Shown: piece by piece, positions 1 through 8,412 of the stretch
Layout: the number at the start of each line of letters is the position of its first letter
Numbering within the stretch: position 1 is the stretch's first letter
DNA from: an uncultured Acidobacteriota bacterium
GTDB lineage: Bacteria > Acidobacteriota > Vicinamibacteria > Vicinamibacterales > UBA8438
NCBI GenBank assembly: GCA_913043225.1
Contig: CAJWLU010000019.1
Coordinates: 1-64,000 of the forward strand
Direction: 5' to 3'
Length of the DNA stretch: 64,000 bases
Made by a program: the position numbers and the translations under genes
Notes under the pieces: generated by a model
Database searches by the model: none
The model's input: only the letters and a program-made list of their open reading frames with translations
Told to the model about the DNA's origin: nothing

Positions 1-178
1 GCACGCGCATGGTCGCCGGTCGGTCCGATCGGGCCCAGACCACGGCCGACACGCTGGTGACATCGCCGGCGGCGATGCCATGCGTGATGACAGGCCCGGT
101 CTGGGCGCCGGCCGATCCAGCGGCCACGATGACCGAGGCCAAGCCGGCGCACACAAGGCGGCTCGGTAGCTTGCTCAT
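1..178 (-). CDS. PhoD-like alkaline phosphatase, N-terminal part (runs off window start)
   Basis: Own translation: MSKLPSRLVCAGLASVIVAAGSAGAQTGPVITHGIAAGDVTSVSAVVWARSDRPATMRV. Signal peptide plus the PhoD_N-type HG(V/I)A(S/A)GD...AVVW(T/A)R motif; GGAGG RBS upstream. Confidence 0.75.
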   Translation of the reverse strand, partial: MSKLPSRLVCAGLASVIVAAGSAGAQTGPVITHGIAAGDVTSVSAVVWARSDRPATMRV

Positions 179-352
179 CCGTTCCTCCCTCCTCGATGCT
201 CCAGGGACGGCCATGGTATCAGTGCAGCTGGCCTCGACCAGCCAAAACGCCGGCCGATGGCGGGACGAGCGTCATAGCAATCTGGATAGGGACCGACCCA
301 CTGCTGGCAGGCAGGGGTTCAATACGGGGGATACGGGTCAAGCGGGTGCGCG

Positions 353-461
353 TGTGCAAGTTTGTGCAAGGAAGTTGGATACTTGTGCGTACCCGTGACT
401 ACGAAGGACACTCTTTGTCGGGAAAGACAGGCCGTGACCACGCTTGAGCAGCCTTTGCACA
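353..461. repeat. Short repeats TGTGCAAG x2 plus degenerate/inverted copies, resembling integrase arm-type sites
   Basis: TGTGCAAG at 353-360 and 363-370, TTGTGCGT at 383-390, inverted TTTGCACA at 454-461; all just upstream of a tRNA 3' fragment. Confidence 0.5.
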
Positions 462-465
462 AGCC

Positions 466-512
466 TGGTGGGGCAGGGGGGGGCGCAGGTTCAAATCCAG
501 TCATCCCGACCA
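466..512 (+). mobile_element. tRNA-Pro 3'-half remnant, att-like integration scar
   Basis: GGGGGGCGCAGGTTCAAATCCAGTCATCCCGACCA matches a tRNA-Pro T-arm, acceptor 3' strand and CCA. No matching 5' half upstream. Confidence 0.75.
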
Positions 513-524
513 ATGTACATAGGG

Positions 525-558
525 GGCAACTGCGCATCGCGGTTGGCCTACTTTTCTT
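525..558 (+). terminator. Putative intrinsic terminator after the tRNA fragment
   Basis: CAACTGCG-cat-CGCGGTTG hairpin followed by CTTTTCTT. Confidence 0.45.
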
Positions 559-627
559 GCCTGGGCACTTCGGGGCCAGTTTGTGGCCATTCTGTAGACA
601 GCCGGACCGAATCAAAGGAGTCAAACC

Positions 628-1002
628 ATGAGAAGTTGCTCTGCCGCCGTACTGGGAATGATGGTTGCGGCCCTTGTCGGCATTGCAGCGGCACAGTCCA
701 ACATCGCTGGAACCTGGGAAGGGGAAGCTACGCCCAGTGCCGGGGGTACGCCGAACACTTGGACCCAGACGTTAGAGCAGGACGGAATCCAGGTGACGGG
801 ATCGTATGTTGATGCGGTGGGTGCAAACGCTCAAGTCACGGGTACCCTGTCAGGAAATCAGGCTAGACTCGTGCTGCAGTTCGAAGGCTTTGCGGTTACG
901 GCGAATTTTATCGTCGACGGCGACGAGTGGACCATGTGCACGTATAGCTCATCGGTCAATGACGAGATCCAGGGCACCTGTTCGGGGACACGCGCCCAGT
1001 AG
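628..1002 (+). CDS. Secreted hypothetical protein (small beta-rich)
   Basis: AAGGAG RBS; signal peptide ending AAA-Q; 'IAGTWEG' beta-barrel-like start. Confidence 0.7.
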   Translation: MRSCSAAVLGMMVAALVGIAAAQSNIAGTWEGEATPSAGGTPNTWTQTLEQDGIQVTGSYVDAVGANAQVTGTLSGNQARLVLQFEGFAVTANFIVDGDEWTMCTYSSSVNDEIQGTCSGTRAQ

Positions 1003-1036
1003 CCGATACCAGCTTCCAGAAATTGAGGAAATCGAA

Positions 1037-1381
1037 ATGCCAGTCACTACGTTCGCCGCTCCCATCTTGCCTGGAAAGACTGAAGTCTGGAAACAAGCAG
1101 TTCAAGAGATGACCGGTTCCCGCAAGAGCGAGCACGAGGAATCACGGCGCCGCATGGGGATTACCAGGGAAATCGCGAGCCTCCAATCAACACCTCAAGG
1201 CGACTGCGTGGTCGTCTGCCTAGAGGCAGATGACCCGGACGCAATCATCGCAAGAATCTTGACCTCTGACTTTCCGTTTGACCGCTGGTTTTCGGAGACG
1301 ATCCTCAAAGGGGTGCATGGCATTGGCGGGCCAGGAGGACCGCCCCCGCCGAATCAGGTGTTCGTTGATTGGGAGGCGTGA
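1037..1381 (+). CDS. Hypothetical protein (possible dimeric alpha-beta barrel)
   Basis: GAGGA RBS before ATG 1037; MPVTTFAAPILPGKTEVWK...GITREIASLQSTPQGD. Confidence 0.7.
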   Translation: MPVTTFAAPILPGKTEVWKQAVQEMTGSRKSEHEESRRRMGITREIASLQSTPQGDCVVVCLEADDPDAIIARILTSDFPFDRWFSETILKGVHGIGGPGGPPPPNQVFVDWEA

Positions 1382-1635
1382 GCAGATCGCCGAAGCCCAA
1401 CTCCTGGCTCGAAAGTGGGACGAGACGCGCCCGCGTCACCCGTAAGTGCCCATTCCCGCGTGGCCATTAGTGGCCATGTTTCGGCCGCGGGCGCATACCG
1501 GTGACCACCCGGGGCATTTTCTGCCAATATAGACGGACCGCGATTATGGCTGACCAGCGTTTGCATAAGACTACGGTGCGTTGGTCTGAACTCTTTCTTA
1601 GTCCAGAGCCGACCAAGGTCGGCAGGAGGGTCGAC

Positions 1636-2643
1636 GTGCGAAGCAAGCATGGGTTCGTCCTCGGTGTCCTGATGGCGGTTCTCGCTGCCGCCGCGCCCAG
1701 CTTCGGCCAGAGGTCTCGCGTCGTCGACCCGAACTGGACGACTCCTCGGACCTCGTTCGGTCATCCGGACTTGCAGGGGCTCTGGGGCAACAAAACCATC
1801 ACGCCGACCGAGCGCCCTGACTCCGCTGAGGGTCGGGCGTATCTCTCCGACGAGGAAATGGCGGCGACCAACCAGCGCCGGGTCGATTCCCTCCAAGTGC
1901 AGGATGACGCGCCGCCGGAGAGGACAGTTGCCGGGGGACGGATCGGTGCCTACGGGAGCTACTGGCTTGACGGAGGTGAAGGTGTGCTCCCAACCGGACA
2001 AACCTCACTCGTCATGGACCCGTCGAACGGTCGGGCTCCGATTCGGCCCTGGGCGGAACGGGCCAAAGCCCACCGACTCGCAACGGAAGGTGACGACTAC
2101 CGGTACATGAGCACGCTCGATCGGTGTCTCTCGCGAGGGGTCCCGGGGTCAATGCTTCCGGCCGCCTACAACAACACCCATAGGATCGTGCAGACACCGG
2201 ACTATGTCGTGCTGCAGCACGAGATGATCCATGACCTGCGGGTAATTCCGCTATCGGATCACCCGTTCGTGGATGAGCGAATCGGATTATGGATGGGGGA
2301 TGCGCGAGCCCACTGGGAGGGAGATGTGCTCGTGGTTCAAACTCGGAACTTCCATGACCGTGGCTGGCTGGCCACGAGCGGGGCGGGCCGGCGCTTGAAA
2401 GGGATTCCGACCAGTCCTGCGATGCGGGTAATCGAACGGTACGAGCGGGTATCCGAGACCACGATTATGTGGAGTGTCACGGTCGACGACCCGTGGGTTT
2501 ACACCAGTTCCTGGACGATTTCGATGCCGCTGACCGCTGAGCCCGGCTATGTCGTCTACGAGTACGCTTGCCACGAAGGTAACTACTCGATTCCGAACAT
2601 GCTGGCCGGCGCTCGGGTGGACGACGCCAAGGCTCGCGACTAA
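1636..2643 (+). CDS. Secreted hypothetical protein (PDLQGxW...EYACHEGN type)
   Basis: AGGAGG RBS before GTG 1636; signal peptide; motifs GHPDLQGLW, RCLSRGVPG, AHWEGDVLVV, YEYACHEGN. Confidence 0.8.
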   Translation: MRSKHGFVLGVLMAVLAAAAPSFGQRSRVVDPNWTTPRTSFGHPDLQGLWGNKTITPTERPDSAEGRAYLSDEEMAATNQRRVDSLQVQDDAPPERTVAGGRIGAYGSYWLDGGEGVLPTGQTSLVMDPSNGRAPIRPWAERAKAHRLATEGDDYRYMSTLDRCLSRGVPGSMLPAAYNNTHRIVQTPDYVVLQHEMIHDLRVIPLSDHPFVDERIGLWMGDARAHWEGDVLVVQTRNFHDRGWLATSGAGRRLKGIPTSPAMRVIERYERVSETTIMWSVTVDDPWVYTSSWTISMPLTAEPGYVVYEYACHEGNYSIPNMLAGARVDDAKARD

Positions 2644-2941
2644 ACCCCAGAGCGGTCGTGTTTGGGATCCTGTAGGCCCGCGTGTCTTTGGGGCCCAGCC
2701 TCCGCGAGGGTCGCAACACTCGACGAGTCCGCCACGGGCGCGGACAACTTCCTCTGCTGCCAGCAGAGGGGGCCGACCTGCTGTTTGACACGGGCGTGAA
2801 TTTGCTCGGTCAGGACCGCCCCACACCCACGCCGCTCATCCCTCTTCATGGCGGACGAAGCGGCGCACCCGGTTAAGATTTGGGCGATGGCCCAGTTCTC
2901 CCTCGGCTCCCAGTTGTCTGAGTTGGGGCCGGCGTTCGGGT

Positions 2942-4102
2942 TCAGCGGCGATCGACGGGCTCGAGCCTGACGATCCGTCCGGGTGCCCCCCGTGACTCGA
3001 TGGCCAGGTAGATGTAGCCGTCTGGACCCTGACGCACATCACGGATACGTCCAAGTCCACGGGCGAGCGTCTCCTCACGCTCGATGCGTCCAGCCCGGTC
3101 GATACTAGGCGTCACGCGGGCCAACTGCTGCCCGGCGAGGCCGCCGATAAAGAAGTCGCCCTTCCAGCCCGGAAACCGGTCACCGGTGTAGATCAGCAGA
3201 CTCGCCGTCGCGATCGAGGGGACCCAGAAATGGCGCGGGTTCTCCATGTCCTCGCCCCTCGTGCCGCCGTGGATCGCTGACCCGCTCCCGTAGTTGACGC
3301 CGTAGCCTACTACTGGCCATCCGTAGTTGACGCCAGGCTGAATCAGATTTAGCTCGTCTCCTCCCTGCGGACCGTGCTCCGTCGCCCAGACTTCGCCGGT
3401 TTCCGGGTGGATGGCCAGCCCCTGTGGATTGCGATGTCCATAGCTCCAAACCTCGGGCTTTGCTGAGGTGTGCCCGACGAACGGATTATCCGCTGGAACC
3501 CTGCCGTCGTCGTGCAAACGCACAGTGACTCCATGATGGTTTGACGGATCCTGGGCGGGGTGCGACGAGAGGTCCCCGGCCGGTCGTGCCATGCGTTCGC
3601 CGACGGTCACCCACAGCATCCCCTCTCCGTCCCAGGCCATCCGGCCGCCATAGTGACCGCGTCCCTGGGAGTCGGCGACGAACACGTCTTCGAGGTCCAC
3701 CAGCGAGTGGCTCTCAAAGCGTCCCCGGACCACCACTGTCGTTGAGCCCTCTGGAAGCGGTCGCGCGTAGCTCAGGTAGAGGAGCCGGTTGGTCGTAAAG
3801 TCCGTGTGGGGGAGCACCTCGAAGAGGCCGCCCTGGCCCTCTGCAAACACGGGAGGCACTCCGGCCACCGGTTCCCGCAGTAGCTTTCCGTCTCGAACGA
3901 GACGGAGCTGCCCAGGGCGTTCAGTGACGAGCAGGTCGCCATTCGGAAGCCAGGCAATCGACCAGGGCGTGTCGAAGCCCTCCGCGACGGTCGCCACTTG
4001 GAAGTCATGCTCTATCGAGCGATAGTCTGGCTGGGCCCAGGCAACTCCAGCCAAGGCCGCGCTCAGCAGTAGGCATGACAGCAGCTCTTGCATCGTGGTC
4101 AT
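2942..4102 (-). CDS. PQQ-dependent glucose/sorbosone dehydrogenase (GSDH family)
   Basis: Signal peptide; motifs PWSIAWLP, GQGGL, HYGGR, SYGHRNPQG, EHGPQGGDELN, NYGWP, RIRDVRQGPDG. Confidence 0.93.
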   Translation of the reverse strand: MTTMQELLSCLLLSAALAGVAWAQPDYRSIEHDFQVATVAEGFDTPWSIAWLPNGDLLVTERPGQLRLVRDGKLLREPVAGVPPVFAEGQGGLFEVLPHTDFTTNRLLYLSYARPLPEGSTTVVVRGRFESHSLVDLEDVFVADSQGRGHYGGRMAWDGEGMLWVTVGERMARPAGDLSSHPAQDPSNHHGVTVRLHDDGRVPADNPFVGHTSAKPEVWSYGHRNPQGLAIHPETGEVWATEHGPQGGDELNLIQPGVNYGWPVVGYGVNYGSGSAIHGGTRGEDMENPRHFWVPSIATASLLIYTGDRFPGWKGDFFIGGLAGQQLARVTPSIDRAGRIEREETLARGLGRIRDVRQGPDGYIYLAIESRGAPGRIVRLEPVDRR

Positions 4103-4178
4103 CGATCGTCTCCTCGAATGTTTCGTTGATACCCGCCGGAACGAGAACCGTAGGTCGCTACGGTGACCTGTGAGAGGG

Positions 4179-6074
4179 TCAGCGGCCGCGTCGAAGCTCG
4201 ACCATCGCTGGCTCTGGGCCGAGTTGCACCAACGGGTCGGTCGTCTTTCGGAGCGACGCGTAATCGAATTGCGGTCTCCAACGACCGAGCAACCGGCTCC
4301 ACTGAAAGCGCAGATACTCCTTCAAGTTCTTCCACGCCCGTGCGCCTCCGCGTTGTTTCCAGCATCGCAGTAGCACTGCGACGAGTAGGAACCGGCGGAC
4401 CCGATACGAGAAGATCGGATAGAAGACCGTGATCTGCTTCCAGCGATTCTGCAGGAGCAGCCTCCACAAGGGAGGGAACGACTCCTTGCTTAGCAAGCCA
4501 TGGGCGGAGTCTGCCTCGAACGTCACCGACACACTGTCGCGCGCTATGGTCTCCATCGTCCGCTGCGGTTCGTTGAAGTACCCGCTCTCGTTAGCCTTCT
4601 TCTCAAACCCCCTGGCGTACGTGACGACGATGTCCTTGTAATGGTCCAGACCGTACTTCTGGATGTAGGCATGATTGGTCTCGATCTGAATCAACGCCTG
4701 CCAAGTGTCGCAAATCAGCTTTGGGTAGTCGGTGAAGTTCAATGTGTCGAGGGAACCACTTGCATTCTTGTCTGATATGTCCAGGAGGTAGCGCTCCTCC
4801 CCCTTCGGGTCGTCGCCGATGAGGCCTTGCATCCGGCCGTACTCGTAGAGCGGTGTGCCAGGTAGCGCTTGCGCGTAATTGATGCTGATACTGTTCGGGT
4901 TCTGGCGCTTATCGAGCAGAAGCGCCCACTTCGTGAACTCTATCGTCTCCTTTATGGTTTCTGGGCTTTCGCCAGGCATGCCCAGGACCAATTGGACCGC
5001 GGTGTACATGCCGGCCTCGATCGTCCACTGCATCGCGGTGAAGTTGGTCTTGATATCGAGCTTCTTCTCCATCACCTCTAGCATCTTCGGACTGCCGGTC
5101 TCCATTCCGTAGATGACGCAGACGCACCCGGCGTCCTTGAGTGCCGCAATCATCTCCTTGGTGACCGTGTTCGCCCGCATTCCACCCACGCGCCAGATGA
5201 GCCCCAGCGGCTTCAGCTTGCGACACAGCTCCATCGTCCACTTGCGATCGGAGCCAAAGTTCTCGCCAGACAGGCACAGGTACCCGACGTTGTACTTGTC
5301 CACTACGTAATTGATCCGCTCGATCATGATGTCGACCGGGATGTAGCGGATTCCCTTGTCCCAACGATGACAGAAGGTGCACTTCGCTACGCACCCCTTG
5401 TGGGACATGATGGTCGCCAGCCTCTTGCCTTCGAGAGCATCTGGCAGTGACGGCGTGTCCGAGTCACTCCAGTTCGTGAAGACCCACGCCGGAGACGATT
5501 CAGGATCGGGAAAAAAATGCTCAATTTGTGATGCCCGCTCGAGGTCTTCCCAGTCGAAGTCGTAGACCTCCTCCTTGGGCAGCTGATCCTCGTAACCAGT
5601 GTTCACCAGGTGGCCGGCATCGTCGAGAAACACCAGCCCCTTAATCTCTGTGAAATCCGCTTTAGATCGAGCTCCGCCCGCGATCGCATCGACGAAGTTC
5701 CCCAGTACGACTTCGCCCTCGGCCAGCACGCAGTAGTCCACGCCGGTCTCCTGGAGCACGATCTCGGCGCTCGCTGCAAGATTCCCGCCGAGGATGACCA
5801 CGCTATCTGGCAGGGCTTCCTTGATGGCCAGTGTCAGCCACTTGGTGAAGGCATAGGCCGTGGAGACGACAGCACTGATCCCGACGACGTCCGGCGCATA
5901 GCGTGTCACCGTGTCGAGGATTTCTTCCTTCGTTGGCCTGAGGTTATCGATGTCATAGAACATCACATCGGTGTAACCGCGTTTGCGGAGCGCCTTCTGC
6001 AGCGAAAGGCACGCGACTGGGGGGAATTCCGTTGGGACGTTACGAATGGGTGTGGTGAGCAGTTGGACCCTCAT
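4179..6074 (-). CDS. B12-binding radical SAM protein (class B methyltransferase-like)
   Basis: N-terminal cobalamin-binding domain (PDVVGISA, ILGG, EGE); CxxxCxxC (CVAKCTFC); GMETGS; GMPGES; PGTPLY; GAGGAGG RBS before ATG 6074. Confidence 0.92.
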   Translation of the reverse strand: MRVQLLTTPIRNVPTEFPPVACLSLQKALRKRGYTDVMFYDIDNLRPTKEEILDTVTRYAPDVVGISAVVSTAYAFTKWLTLAIKEALPDSVVILGGNLAASAEIVLQETGVDYCVLAEGEVVLGNFVDAIAGGARSKADFTEIKGLVFLDDAGHLVNTGYEDQLPKEEVYDFDWEDLERASQIEHFFPDPESSPAWVFTNWSDSDTPSLPDALEGKRLATIMSHKGCVAKCTFCHRWDKGIRYIPVDIMIERINYVVDKYNVGYLCLSGENFGSDRKWTMELCRKLKPLGLIWRVGGMRANTVTKEMIAALKDAGCVCVIYGMETGSPKMLEVMEKKLDIKTNFTAMQWTIEAGMYTAVQLVLGMPGESPETIKETIEFTKWALLLDKRQNPNSISINYAQALPGTPLYEYGRMQGLIGDDPKGEERYLLDISDKNASGSLDTLNFTDYPKLICDTWQALIQIETNHAYIQKYGLDHYKDIVVTYARGFEKKANESGYFNEPQRTMETIARDSVSVTFEADSAHGLLSKESFPPLWRLLLQNRWKQITVFYPIFSYRVRRFLLVAVLLRCWKQRGGARAWKNLKEYLRFQWSRLLGRWRPQFDYASLRKTTDPLVQLGPEPAMVELRRGR

Positions 6075-6243
6075 GGGCCTCCTCAATGAACCTAACGAGG
6101 GAACTCGACCGGGAATTATACCAGCCAGACCTGGCGCCCACGCTGAACGGCCATCCGTCACGAGCCGGGAACGTCGACCCTTCTTACACGTCTCCTGCTC
6201 GACTTAGACCGAGGCAGTCGCCGCAAGAACGCTTATAGACGGT

Positions 6244-6729
6244 TCATGTACCGACTGAGCCGGACGCCCTAGCCTTGGTCGCCGCTGTCGGGGCTACCTC
6301 GAGTTGTCGATGCCGGGCCACGGCCATTGTGGCATTGGCCCGCGTCGGGTCTACCGTTCCTTGGAAGCGAGCCCCCTCCTCTATGCTCAGGTTGGGACTG
6401 CAGACTCGGCCCGAGACATTCGACGAGGACCGCAACTCGATGATGGCGGAAGCGGTGAGCCGCCCTTGGACCTGGCCGAGCACGGTTATGGTCTGGGCGC
6501 AGACGTCCCCATTCACCCGCCCGGTCCCGCCGATCGCAACCCCATGGTCTGGCAGGACCACATCACCATCGATCGTCCCTTCGATAATCAGATGCTCGCT
6601 GGCGGTGACCTGGCCTACGATGTGAACCCCGCGCCCGATCGAGGTGACAACTGCCGAACGGGCAACCGCCGGCCGGTGGGCGGGGTTGGCCGGAACGGGA
6701 ATGGGAGGCTGTCGTTCTGTGGAAGACAT
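6244..6729 (-). CDS. Bactofilin (polymer-forming cytoskeletal protein)
   Basis: SIGRGVHIVGQV...LIIEGTIDGDV...IEEGARFQG beta-helix pattern. Confidence 0.9.
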   Translation of the reverse strand: MSSTERQPPIPVPANPAHRPAVARSAVVTSIGRGVHIVGQVTASEHLIIEGTIDGDVVLPDHGVAIGGTGRVNGDVCAQTITVLGQVQGRLTASAIIELRSSSNVSGRVCSPNLSIEEGARFQGTVDPTRANATMAVARHRQLEVAPTAATKARASGSVGT

Positions 6730-6941
6730 ATCAAGGAACCAAGATCACTGGTCGACTGCCTCACGCTATTGAGGATGGACTCCGGACTCGAGCGTCTCCG
6801 GGCGAGCACGCTCACAAACCTGCAAGCCGGACGGAACATACGCTGGCCGCGACCGAGACCCACGAGGGCGCCCGTCCTCTGACACCTATGATAAGTCGTA
6901 GAAAGCCCTGGACCGACAGTGCGCAATAGGTCGGAAAAAGA

Positions 6942-7016
6942 TGGAGCGGGAGACGGGGATCGAACCCGCGACCAACGGCTTGGGAAGCCGTGACTCTACC
7001 ACTGAGCTACTCCCGC
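6942..7016 (-). tRNA. tRNA-Gly (CCC)
   Basis: GCGGGAGTAGCTCAGTGGTAGAGTCACGGCTTCCCAAGCCGTTGGTCGCGGGTTCGATCCCCGTCTCCCGCTCCA; full cloverleaf, anticodon CCC, encoded CCA. Confidence 0.97.
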
Positions 7017-7053
7017 CGACCGGACGTAACCGAAATTGTACCAGAAACTCGCT

Positions 7054-8412
7054 TCAGCTCCGGATGACAGCGAGCACCTCGTCTCGCCGTTCGGCCATCT
7101 CTTCCGGCGTCGAGCCCTCCAGATTTAGACGGAGCAGAGGCTCGGTGTTCGAAGGCCGGACGTTGAAGTGCCAGGTGGGGTATTCCACCGAGATACCGTC
7201 CATGCGGTACTGGTAACCGTCGGCATACTTCGCAGCCAGTGCCTCGATTCTCTGAGCGACCAGGCGCTGATCTTCGAGGGCGGTGTTGATCTCGCCGGAA
7301 ATGAAATAGCGCTCACGGAGCGGAGCAAGTAATTCGCGTAGGGTTTGCCGGCGCGCCGACATCAGTTCAAGAATCAGCAGGGCGGGAATAAAACCGTTAT
7401 CCGCGTAGAAGTTCTCCCGGAAGTAGTAGTGTCCGGTGACCTCTCCGCCGAAGATCGCGTTCTCTTCACGCATCCGGGTCTTGAAGAACGCATGTCCGAC
7501 ACGGTTCATCAACGAGCTCCCCCCATGAGCAGCGACGGTATCCTTGACGGCGTGGCTGGCACGCACGTCGTAGAGCACCGTGGCGCCAGGATCTCTTACT
7601 AGAAAGGCTTCGGCCAGGAGCGCCGTGATGAAGTCGCCTGAGACAAACTCGCCCTCTCCGTCGACGAAGAAGCAGCGGTCGGCATCACCATCCCAGGCGA
7701 TCCCGGCGTCGGCCGACGAGGCGGTCACCGCCGCGACAAGATCTCGCCGGTTCTCCTCGAGCAGCGGGTTCGCCTCGTGATTGGGGAACGATCCGTCGAC
7801 CTCGAAACAGAGACGCTGTGTTCGGCAGGGCAGTCGATCGAAGAGTGGCGGCGCGACCAATCCGGCGATTCCGCTACCGGCATCGAGGACCAGTGAATAC
7901 GGCCGAATCGCCTCGACATCGATGAAGCCCAGGATGTGTTCGAGGTAGTCGCCCAGCACGTCGGCAACGGACACCGCACCGGCTTGTTGGGCGGGCGCCG
8001 GCACCGAATCGGCGAGCAACATGTCGCGGATGTCTGAAATGCCCGCATCGCCACTCAATGGCAACGCACCTCGTCCGACGAGCTTGATGCCGTTGTACCG
8101 GCCCGGATTATGGGAGGCCGTGATCTGCGCTCCACCGTCGAGATCGGCTCGGGCCACAGCAAAGTAAAGCTGGTCGGTGCCCAGAAGGCCGAGGTCGACC
8201 ACGTCGGCCCCTTGGGCGCGCGCGCCCTCGATGAAGGCGGCAGCTATGGCCGGAGAAGAGAGGCGCATGTCCCGGCTGACCGCGATCCGGCGGGCGGAGA
8301 GATGGGCCACGAAGCCACGGCCGATTTCCCTCGCCAGCGTTTCATCGATCTGATCCGGATAGAGCCCTCGCACGTCGTAGGCCTTGAAGACGCCAGGGTC
8401 AAATGTCGACAT
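7054..8412 (-). CDS. Phosphomannomutase/phosphoglucomutase
   Basis: FKAYDVRG, TASHNP, DGDADR, GEVTGHYYF, RPSNTEP. Confidence 0.95.
   Translation of the reverse strand: MSTFDPGVFKAYDVRGLYPDQIDETLAREIGRGFVAHLSARRIAVSRDMRLSSPAIAAAFIEGARAQGADVVDLGLLGTDQLYFAVARADLDGGAQITASHNPGRYNGIKLVGRGALPLSGDAGISDIRDMLLADSVPAPAQQAGAVSVADVLGDYLEHILGFIDVEAIRPYSLVLDAGSGIAGLVAPPLFDRLPCRTQRLCFEVDGSFPNHEANPLLEENRRDLVAAVTASSADAGIAWDGDADRCFFVDGEGEFVSGDFITALLAEAFLVRDPGATVLYDVRASHAVKDTVAAHGGSSLMNRVGHAFFKTRMREENAIFGGEVTGHYYFRENFYADNGFIPALLILELMSARRQTLRELLAPLRERYFISGEINTALEDQRLVAQRIEALAAKYADGYQYRMDGISVEYPTWHFNVRPSNTEPLLRLNLEGSTPEEMAERRDEVLAVIRS

Noticed and set aside
466..512. Functional tRNA-Pro
   Set aside because: No 5' acceptor strand or D-arm; T-stem mismatch.
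319..631. ORFs containing VGMTGFEPA / GSNPVIPT
   Set aside because: Translations of the tRNA-Pro fragment, not proteins.
2644..2941. Short ORFs between the hypothetical gene and the GSDH gene
   Set aside because: No recognisable motifs or RBS.
6941..7216. 91-aa ORF MERETGIEPAT...
   Set aside because: Antisense translation of tRNA-Gly.
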